A stretch of 64,000 nucleotides of DNA from positions 25,916 to 89,915 of the forward strand of contig JAQWHM010000011.1 of assembly GCA_029249345.1 (NCBI GenBank), in the 5' to 3' direction. Positions 30,700 to 38,367 of the stretch are shown here, in pieces. The notes beneath the pieces were generated by a model. It worked only from the letters and a program-made list of their open reading frames with translations. It had not been told where the DNA came from and made no database searches. Positions within the stretch are counted from its first letter, which is position 1, and each line of letters begins with the position of its first letter. The stretch is from Rhodothermales bacterium (GTDB lineage: Bacteria; Bacteroidota; Rhodothermia; Rhodothermales; UBA10348). The position numbers were made by a program, and so were the translations under genes.

Positions 30700-31482
30700 C
30701 TACTTCCCCTTAAATACGGCCTTCCTTTTTCCAAGAAATGCATCGACCCCTTCCTGGAAGTCGTCTGTTCCACACGCTTGCCCGAACAAATCGGCCTCTT
30801 TCTGAAGACCCTCTGCCTGGGGCAGATCAGCGTACTGAAGTGCTTCTAAGCTGAAAGCAACCGCGATGGGTGCCTTGGAAATAATGGTACCGATCAATTT
30901 CCGAGCACCTGGGAGGAGTTCTTCAGACGTATAAACATGATTAACCAGTCCAATGGCATGGGCCCGCTCGGCATTTACCATATTACCCGATAGAATCAAC
31001 TCCGTGGCAATCCCTTTCCCCACAATCCGGGGAAGCCTTTGTGTCGCACCATATCCGGGAAGGATACCGAGGTTAACCTCTGGCTGGCCAAATAGGGCAT
31101 TATCACTGGCTACACGCATGTGGCAAGCCAAGGCCAATTCGCTACCGCCACCTAATGCAAAACCGTTAACGGCAGCCACAACAGGTTTGGCTGATCCTTC
31201 AATTTTGTTGAATACCCCTTGCCCGTAATCGGCAAACGCTTTCCCTTCGACAGGACCCAATTCCTTGAACTGGGAAATATCCGCACCTGCAACAAACGCC
31301 TTGGGCCCGGCTCCAGTTAGGATGATACCTTTGACGGCCGAATCGGTAGCTGCAGAGGTAAACCAATCATCTAAATCCGCAAGCACTTCAGCATTGAGCG
31401 CATTCAGCTTAGTGGGTCTATTGATAGTAACGACTGCGATTCCTTCTGAATCAACTTCGACGAGAAGCGTAGAGTACGACAT
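30700..31482 (-). CDS. Enoyl-CoA hydratase/crotonase family protein
   Basis: AFVAGADI, GFALGGGSELALACH, GQPEVNLGILPGYGATQRL. Confidence 0.93.
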   Translation of the reverse strand: MSYSTLLVEVDSEGIAVVTINRPTKLNALNAEVLADLDDWFTSAATDSAVKGIILTGAGPKAFVAGADISQFKELGPVEGKAFADYGQGVFNKIEGSAKPVVAAVNGFALGGGSELALACHMRVASDNALFGQPEVNLGILPGYGATQRLPRIVGKGIATELILSGNMVNAERAHAIGLVNHVYTSEELLPGARKLIGTIISKAPIAVAFSLEALQYADLPQAEGLQKEADLFGQACGTDDFQEGVDAFLGKRKAVFKGK

Positions 31483-31531
31483 GCGGGTATGTAATGAAGT
31501 GGGCGTGACTGCACGCGGGAAATTCGACGGA

Positions 31532-32404
31532 CTATTCTTGTACACGCGTACCGATCGAGGAGGATTCCTCGCTTAATGGATCTTCAAACGTATCCATTTC
31601 GGTTAGCAGATCGAGAGGATTGGCAAATACTTCTTCCATTTCCTCAACGGATGCCTGTGTTTCTTCAACTTCGGTCAGCAAGGTATCGAGCTGGAATGAA
31701 ATCTCTTCTGGATTACGCAGCGTGAGCGACTGTTCGTGGATGTATTTAACCACATCCTCAACTGTTTCGAGTTGAGCCTCAATGATTTCTAAATTCTCTT
31801 GTCCTTTTTTGGACCGATCTAGACGCTGCTCTAAAATACGCAGTCGTCGAGCCTTGATGGCGCGCACTCTCGGGGAGTCGTCCTCCATATCCACCCGTAA
31901 ATCCTCAATAGAGCGTATAACCTCCATCTCGGTGCCCGACTGAACAGAATACTCATACCGCTCTTTCTGGTAGAGTAACTTCATGTACGACTCGAGTAGT
32001 CCGTCAATTTTTTTCAGATGAGAATCCAACATACCCTGCGAGGCATAGCTCAATTTCCGGTAGTTGGTCCGGATAGACTTTTCGACCTTGCGCAACCCTA
32101 CGTAGCGCCGTCTGTCTGGAGCGGCAAGGTTCTGATACAGTTCTTTTTGGGATGGTGGCTTGGCGTACTCCGCAGATACACGCGAGCGAACCGCTTTTCT
32201 AAATCGTGGATCGCGCGGCATCATTCCTAACAAAGCCAACTCCGTCCCTGCCGTAAATATGAGCGCGGCATCAAAAAACCAAGCTGGAGCACCCGTCAAG
32301 CTGACCCCAAAGGCTACCATCATAGCCATAATAAGGAATGTAAGATTCCACGGATGTAGAAATGCTTCCTTCGTGTAGTTGATATCCTGATGTATGGGCT
32401 TCAA
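31532..32404 (-). CDS. Hypothetical membrane protein (2 TM helices, long coiled coil), PspA-operon partner
   Basis: N-terminal hydrophobic hairpin, heptad-rich cytoplasmic part; third gene of the pspA operon. Confidence 0.8.
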   Translation of the reverse strand: MKPIHQDINYTKEAFLHPWNLTFLIMAMMVAFGVSLTGAPAWFFDAALIFTAGTELALLGMMPRDPRFRKAVRSRVSAEYAKPPSQKELYQNLAAPDRRRYVGLRKVEKSIRTNYRKLSYASQGMLDSHLKKIDGLLESYMKLLYQKERYEYSVQSGTEMEVIRSIEDLRVDMEDDSPRVRAIKARRLRILEQRLDRSKKGQENLEIIEAQLETVEDVVKYIHEQSLTLRNPEEISFQLDTLLTEVEETQASVEEMEEVFANPLDLLTEMDTFEDPLSEESSSIGTRVQE

Positions 32405-32438
32405 TCTAGTCTCTGATCTTCCTCTTAGCGACAGCCGA

Positions 32439-32897
32439 TTAAGGCTTCATTCTTCCGATAGTTTTTTCTGGAAGGGGCTTCTCTTCCGATTTGGTATCAA
32501 TTGGACTCGGTTCGGAAGTAGGTGCATTCTTCTGCTGAACGGCACCCGTTTCCTGCTTCATCTGATTGATTAGGTCCCTAGCTCTCGCCTTTTTCTGTTC
32601 CTCTTCCAATTTCGCCAACTCCGCCGCGTCCTGAGCCTCAGACACTTCTGAGTTCATCTCAACAGAGTCCAGTGCCACTTCCATGCGAGCCTCTGACAAG
32701 GCTGAATCCATTTGAAGGCGCTCGATCATCTGACCATGCTCATCGAATAGATCCTGCATATCCGTAGCCATACCAGTCACCGCTTTCGTGACCGACGACT
32801 TTCTAGATGCCGAACGTTGCGCCTTTTTAAGATCTCTGATCTTACGAAGATGCTCTTTTTCGGCTTCTTTTAATTTCTGATACTCTTCAGGTGTCAT
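32439..32897 (-). CDS. Truncated PspA paralog (C-terminal-region homolog)
   Basis: ALSEARMEVALDSV against ALNEARMEMALDSV in the adjacent PspA; shared KTIG tail. Confidence 0.8.
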   Translation of the reverse strand: MTPEEYQKLKEAEKEHLRKIRDLKKAQRSASRKSSVTKAVTGMATDMQDLFDEHGQMIERLQMDSALSEARMEVALDSVEMNSEVSEAQDAAELAKLEEEQKKARARDLINQMKQETGAVQQKNAPTSEPSPIDTKSEEKPLPEKTIGRMKP

Positions 32898-32906
32898 GAT
32901 CGAATC

Positions 32907-33677
32907 TTATTGACCCTTTGTACGCTGTTTTCCAATGGTCTTATAACCCGTCTCAGCTTCTTGCTCTGAAATATCGAGTTGCGGCTCTTCGGCTGATCCA
33001 CTCGTATCACCTACGCCCATTTCAAGTTTGAACTGCTTGACCAGTTCTGAAGCACGAATCTGCTGCGCGTCTTCCTCGATTTTGAGCGTTTCTGTGTCCA
33101 CAGAATCCAACGCCATTTCCATGCGAGCTTCATTGAGTGCAGTTTGTTCTTGGATACGATTGAGCATTTCGTCGTGGGTCTGATCGATGCCAGCAACCTC
33201 AAAGGACTCGAGTGTATCCGCAACTTTGGCCTGCCACTTGGCACGTTCGTGGGCACGCAATGCATCTTTCGCTTCTGCAATCTTACGTTCTTTCTCCCGC
33301 ATGAACGCTTTTTTGACCTGAAGAGCCTTGTCGTATGCCGCAGATGCATACTTGAGTTGCTCTTTAGCCGATGATACATTTTCTCTGACCGACTCTAGTC
33401 GCATTGCGTATCGCTCAGCAATGTCATCGCGTCCAGCCTGAATTCCAGCTTTTACTTTGGAAGTAACGTCAGCCAGTTCCTTCTCATACTTTCGTACTTC
33501 TTTCTGAAGCATCATCACGTTGGCTTTCACCGTTGCGATGTTTTCGTTCATTTTCGGGACCTGATCGTTGAGCTCCCTAATGTTCTGCTCGAGGATCAAC
33601 TTGGGATCTTCGAGAGCGGAAATTGCACCGCCGAAAACAGATTTAACAAATCGCGTGAAACGTGACCAGATGGACAT
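32907..33677 (-). CDS. pspA: PspA/IM30 family protein (bacterial ESCRT-III)
   Basis: MSIWSRFTRFVKSVFG amphipathic helix 0, EDPKLILEQNIREL, long coiled coil. Confidence 0.9.
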   Translation of the reverse strand: MSIWSRFTRFVKSVFGGAISALEDPKLILEQNIRELNDQVPKMNENIATVKANVMMLQKEVRKYEKELADVTSKVKAGIQAGRDDIAERYAMRLESVRENVSSAKEQLKYASAAYDKALQVKKAFMREKERKIAEAKDALRAHERAKWQAKVADTLESFEVAGIDQTHDEMLNRIQEQTALNEARMEMALDSVDTETLKIEEDAQQIRASELVKQFKLEMGVGDTSGSAEEPQLDISEQEAETGYKTIGKQRTKGQ

Positions 33678-33831
33678 GGCTTTCTAAATGTTAGTTAACG
33701 GGAATTCATTTCCCGTATCAAATATAGTAATGATGCGGATTCAATCATCAAACTGAAGAAAAAACGGCACGTTTCTCTTCAACTTACACCGGAATTTCCA
33801 GCTCGTGAAACCTTACTACGTAAAGAGTCTG

Positions 33832-35157
33832 CTACGGATTCACCCAACGGCCATTCTGATACTTTGAAAGTAGACGACTCCCCTCTTTTGGGGTCTCCTC
33901 GTCAAACTTAAAGGCGGCCATCATTACGGGAATAGTACGTTCAATGTGTGCATTCGTAGACGCCTGAATCAGAGCAATAGACTCTCCTATCTGAACGGTA
34001 TCCCCCGGCTTCACCGTAAGGATGATACCTGCCAAAGGATCTACACTATCCTCTTTGGTGGCTCTCCCGGCGCCTAAGACCACAGAAGCACGACCGATAT
34101 CTCTGGAGTCAATCCACTTTATGACGCCCGATTGGCTAGCATGAACAACCACTTCGACCCGATTTTCATTTCTGGATGCTGGATCTCGAATGGCCTGAGC
34201 ACTGCCCCCTTGAACCTCAACCATCTCAACAAACTTTTCGAACGCTCGGCCAGAAGAAATAGCAGAATTACACAGCTCTTTCGCTTCTTCTTGTGACGAT
34301 GCGACCTTTCCAGCAAGTAACATCTCAACGGCTAGCGCGATAGTCACTTCCATGACATCATCTGGTCCGTTTCCGTGCAAGCAGTCAATACACTCTACGA
34401 TTTCTGGCCAGTTGCCTGTAGCATGGCCCAGAGGATTGTTCATGTCCGTCAGAAAAGCAGTTGTCGGAGTACCGAAACTCTCAGCCAGGCGTGTCATCGT
34501 CTCGGCAAGTACTCGCGCATCCTGTTCGGACTGCATCATGGCTCCAGATCCGCATTTCACATCCAGAACCAATGCATCCGCACCCTCAGCTAGTTTTTTC
34601 GAAAGAATGGAGGCGGCAATAAATGGGATGTATTCGACTGTACCGGTTGCATCTCGCAACGCATACATTTTTTTATCAGCCGGAGCGATGTCTTTGGTCT
34701 GCCCGATCATAACCACGCCAATCTCTGCCAGCTGCTTGCGATAAACTGCTGTAGATACGGTCGTTTGAAATCCAGGTATAGATTCCAGCTTATCGAGCGT
34801 TCCACCTGTGTGCCCCAGACCCCTTCCCGATATCATGGGCACTTTTACACCGCAGGCCGCCACTAGAGGAGCCAATACGATTGATATTTTATCGCCAACT
34901 CCGCCGGTAGAGTGTTTGTCCACCTTAATCCCCGGAATCTCACTCAGATCCAACACTTCTCCAGAGTGAAGCATCGTTTCGGTAAGCGAAACCATCTCAG
35001 ATTCAGACAGCCCTTGAAGGAAGGATGCCATCATGAAGGCAGCCATCTGATAATCAGGAATAGAGCCATCTGTATATCCCTTTACGAGAAAAGAAATCTC
35101 TTCCCGAGAGAGTGCTCCACCGTTCCTTTTTTGGATGATCAGATCAATTGCATTCAT
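33832..35157 (-). CDS. pdp: Pyrimidine-nucleoside/thymidine phosphorylase
   Basis: DKHSTGGVGDK, SGRGLGHTGGTLDKLESIPG, LYALRD-like MYALRDAT, SILSKKLA. Confidence 0.93.
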   Translation of the reverse strand: MNAIDLIIQKRNGGALSREEISFLVKGYTDGSIPDYQMAAFMMASFLQGLSESEMVSLTETMLHSGEVLDLSEIPGIKVDKHSTGGVGDKISIVLAPLVAACGVKVPMISGRGLGHTGGTLDKLESIPGFQTTVSTAVYRKQLAEIGVVMIGQTKDIAPADKKMYALRDATGTVEYIPFIAASILSKKLAEGADALVLDVKCGSGAMMQSEQDARVLAETMTRLAESFGTPTTAFLTDMNNPLGHATGNWPEIVECIDCLHGNGPDDVMEVTIALAVEMLLAGKVASSQEEAKELCNSAISSGRAFEKFVEMVEVQGGSAQAIRDPASRNENRVEVVVHASQSGVIKWIDSRDIGRASVVLGAGRATKEDSVDPLAGIILTVKPGDTVQIGESIALIQASTNAHIERTIPVMMAAFKFDEETPKEGSRLLSKYQNGRWVNP

Positions 35158-35205
35158 GGAAATTCCAGATTGATGGATATGAACGTACAGAGCAAATCAG
35201 TTAAG

Positions 35206-36564
35206 TCAAACAGAATCGGTCGGGTTCGACTTCCCGCCTACCCACCGGAGGATGGAGTAGCCCAAAAGTCCGGCTAAAATGGAGGCAAACAAAATGCCGC
35301 TTTTCGCACGAGCCAAAATTTCAGGGTCGGAAAAAGACAGGCCACCAATGAAAAGGGACATCGTAAATCCTACACCAGAAAGTACAGCTACGCCGTAAAG
35401 ATGGCCCCATGTGACTCCTCGCGGTAGAGAGGCCCAACCTGTCCGTAGTGCTGCCCAAGAAAAAAGGACCACGCCCAATTGCTTCCCGATAAAGAGTCCT
35501 ACGATGATTCCTAATGCCACTGGGTGCACTAGGGCATCGAGTATAGACATACTTCGTAGATCCACACCGGAATTAGCCAACGCAAATACAGGCATGATGA
35601 AGAAAGCTACCCATCCATGCAGTGAATGCTCCATTCGGATGAGCGGAGTTTCCGCGTCTTTAGAAAGAACTTCCAAGGTATGCACCACATCATGGTTATT
35701 TGACTGCATTTCCTTTGTCTCTCCGTCCTTCTTATCTGTTTGTATAGAAGATAAAAAGGCTAATGCCTGCTCCTTGAAACTGGCTACATTAATGCGCGGT
35801 CTGGCTGGAATGGTGAGAGCAAGTAAAATACCTGCAATCGTTGCATGCACCCCGGATTTTAGAAACGCTACCCAAAGCACAATTCCCAGCAAGACGTAGA
35901 ATGATGTTTTTCGAATGCCGAGCGCGTTTCCAATTAGCGCCACTACCCATGTGCTCATACCCACGCCAAGTGCGATGAAGTTGAGCTTACTGGTGTAAAA
36001 AATGGCGATGACAAGAATGGCACCTAAGTCATCAATGATGGCCATAGCCGTCAGGAAAATCTTCAATGAGACGGGTGCACGAGTCCCTAGCAAGGCTAAA
36101 ATACCCAGGGCAAACGCAATATCTGTTGCCATGGGAATTCCCCATCCCGAAATAAAAGGCGTTCCTCCCGTAACCAACACATACAAGGCCGCAGGTACGA
36201 ACATCCCACCTATAGCTGCGAAAATGGGTAAAATCGCATCCTTAGGAGTTGATAACTCTCCAGTGAGCACTTCTCGTTTTAACTCAAGGCCTACCAAAAA
36301 GAAAAACAGAGCCATCAGCCCATCGTTTATCCACAGTAAAAGCGGCTTGGCAATGGTTAACGCCCCGAACCCAACTGTGACGGGAATCTCTAAAAGCTGA
36401 AAGTAGGCTGAGGAAAGCGGTGAATTGGCGAGGATCATCGCCAATACGGCCATCCCAATAAGTAGGATACCAGAAGAGGCTTCCAGCTTCATGAACTCCT
36501 GAATAGGGCGCAGTAACCCATCCACGGGCCGCGCTTCTAAAGGTCTAAAAGAATCGTTTTTCAT
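35206..36564 (-). CDS. nhaA: Na+/H+ antiporter NhaA
   Basis: WINDGLM, GWGIPMATDIAFA, AIIDDLGAI, GVGFTMSLFI. Confidence 0.96.
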   Translation of the reverse strand: MKNDSFRPLEARPVDGLLRPIQEFMKLEASSGILLIGMAVLAMILANSPLSSAYFQLLEIPVTVGFGALTIAKPLLLWINDGLMALFFFLVGLELKREVLTGELSTPKDAILPIFAAIGGMFVPAALYVLVTGGTPFISGWGIPMATDIAFALGILALLGTRAPVSLKIFLTAMAIIDDLGAILVIAIFYTSKLNFIALGVGMSTWVVALIGNALGIRKTSFYVLLGIVLWVAFLKSGVHATIAGILLALTIPARPRINVASFKEQALAFLSSIQTDKKDGETKEMQSNNHDVVHTLEVLSKDAETPLIRMEHSLHGWVAFFIMPVFALANSGVDLRSMSILDALVHPVALGIIVGLFIGKQLGVVLFSWAALRTGWASLPRGVTWGHLYGVAVLSGVGFTMSLFIGGLSFSDPEILARAKSGILFASILAGLLGYSILRWVGGKSNPTDSV

Positions 36565-36672
36565 AGAGTACCCTGACGATAGACAGTGACCTGTGAACGA
36601 GGATGGATCAACCAAATTCCATGAATTTCACTTCACAGAATGCCCGCTCGCTTCCGGAAATTGGGATAAAAA

Positions 36673-36705
36673 GAAAGGCGCATGTCCGAGGGACATGCGC
36701 CTTTC
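36673..36705 (-). terminator. Intrinsic terminator of rpmE
   Basis: 15-bp perfect stem GAAAGGCGCATGTCC-GAG-GGACATGCGCCTTTC followed by a T-run on the minus strand. Confidence 0.85.
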
Positions 36706-36753
36706 CAAATTCAAAGCCAGATAAGTCGAAGGGGGAAAAACCCCACCGGTGAC

Positions 36754-36960
36754 TTACTTCTTGGCGTAGCGGCGGTTGAACTTCTCAACACGACCGGCTG
36801 TATCGACAAACTGGCGTTTTCCGGTGTAGAAAGGATGATTGGTGGAATCAACCTCTGACGCGTACTCTTCACCTTTCATAGTCGAACGCGTCTGAAACTT
36901 CGTTCCGTCAGCTAAGGTGACCGTCATCATGTGGTATTCTGGATGGATATCCTTCTTCAT
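36754..36960 (-). CDS. rpmE: 50S ribosomal protein L31 (Cys-free, type B-like)
   Basis: MKKDIHPEY...HPFYTGK...[13 protein letters not shown]; contains no Cys. Confidence 0.95.
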   Translation of the reverse strand: MKKDIHPEYHMMTVTLADGTKFQTRSTMKGEEYASEVDSTNHPFYTGKRQFVDTAGRVEKFNRRYAKK

Positions 36961-37146
36961 ATCAAGCCTCGCGCGTGGCGGGGGAATTTTTTCAATTAGT
37001 TACACGCAATACTCATGCGCGCTCTTCAGGGAGTCGGGAAATATACGACTATTTTTAGCCCATACCAACCCTACAGCCAGCTACCGGTTAGTTTACAGAG
37101 GATTCACAGTCCCTAAAATGGCCCTATAAAGCCCAAAAGGGCCTCT

Positions 37147-38343
37147 TTAGCTTACCTCCCAAGTATCTCCTTCCTCCAGGAGCTGCTTCAACGATCCTTT
37201 TCCAGAACGCTCGATGACCGCATTGATCTGCTCTCGAACCTGGACATCGTATGCCGGACGTTCCTCTCGATAAAAGATTCCGAAGGGCTGCGGTAGATCT
37301 TCTTTCCAGTACACTCGCGAAAGGATGCCAGCCAGTTCCCGACTCGTTTCGTCGTAAACCAAACAGTCATCTATTCCGAATTCTCCAGATTCCAAATCAA
37401 CCGTCTCGAGGTGAAATCCTTCAAGCCTCAAGCCCTTCGTGCCGCCCGCATACACTAACGGTTTCCCGTGCTCAATGAAAATGGCCCTATCAGATTTAGT
37501 CGCCTTTTCGGTGTACTGAAAGAAAGCACCATCATTAAAAATATTGCAGTTCTGGTAGACCTCTACAAATCCCGTTCCCTGATACGCATGAGATGCCTTG
37601 AGCATTTTCTTCATGTGTTTGGGGTCCCGGTCCATAGATCGCGCCACGAACGATGCATCGGCGCCCAAGACGAGGGCTATCGGGTTAAATGGATGATCCA
37701 GTGAACCAAATGGAGTTGATTTGGTGATCTTGCCCTTCTCTGAAGTAGGACTGTACTGCCCCTTCGTCAATCCGTATATCTGGTTATTGAACATGATAAC
37801 CTGCATGTTCACATTACGACGCATCAAGTGAATAATGTGATTGCCACCGATGGACAGGCTATCCCCATCGCCGGTAATCATCCACACATCCAGATCCGGA
37901 CGCGCCGTTTTGAGGCCTGTCACAATCGTAGGTGCACGTCCGTGAATAGAGTGCATACCGTAGGTGTTCATGTAATAGGGAAAACGACTCGAGCAGCCAA
38001 TTCCCGATATAAACACCAGTTTTTCTCTGGGCACACCCAATTCGGGCATCAACCGCTGAACAGTCGCAAGAATGGCATAATCGCCACACCCAGGACACCA
38101 GCGCACATCCTGATCTGACGAAAAGTCAGCTCGGCTGAGGGCACCATCTCCTCCCGGTCCTGGTGGCCTTGCACCCGGTGGACCTTTGGGTCCTGGAGGC
38201 CTGGCTCCCGGCGGGCCTTTCGGTCCAGGAGGTCTAGCTCCTGGCGGGCGTGAGGGTGGCATCTTGGGGCCTGCTCCCGGTGGACGAGTAGGTTTCCGTC
38301 CCGGTGGCAAATTCGATTTGGATTCGTTGTCTGACATATCCAC
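37147..38343 (-). CDS. korB: 2-oxoacid:ferredoxin oxidoreductase beta subunit with Pro-rich N-terminal extension
   Basis: WCPGCGD, SGIGCSSRFPYY, HGRAP, GDGDSLSIGGNH, NNQIYGLTKGQYSPT. Confidence 0.93.
   Translation of the reverse strand: MDMSDNESKSNLPPGRKPTRPPGAGPKMPPSRPPGARPPGPKGPPGARPPGPKGPPGARPPGPGGDGALSRADFSSDQDVRWCPGCGDYAILATVQRLMPELGVPREKLVFISGIGCSSRFPYYMNTYGMHSIHGRAPTIVTGLKTARPDLDVWMITGDGDSLSIGGNHIIHLMRRNVNMQVIMFNNQIYGLTKGQYSPTSEKGKITKSTPFGSLDHPFNPIALVLGADASFVARSMDRDPKHMKKMLKASHAYQGTGFVEVYQNCNIFNDGAFFQYTEKATKSDRAIFIEHGKPLVYAGGTKGLRLEGFHLETVDLESGEFGIDDCLVYDETSRELAGILSRVYWKEDLPQPFGIFYREERPAYDVQVREQINAVIERSGKGSLKQLLEEGDTWEVS
38149..38247 (-). repeat. Three 33-bp coding tandem repeats (PPGARPPGPKG)
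   Basis: Units CCGCCAGGAGCTAGACCTCCTGGACCGAAAGGC / CCGCCGGGAGCCAGGCCTCCAGGACCCAAAGGT / CCACCGGGTGCAAGGCCACCAGGACCGGGAGGA. Confidence 0.9.
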
Positions 38344-38367
38344 TTCTGAAAGTTTTAGATCCGGGGC

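Noticed and set aside
38149-38247. CRISPR array or DNA-level VNTR
   Set aside because: The units are contiguous, in frame and synonymously diverged; no spacers or cas genes. No CRISPR array was seen anywhere in the window
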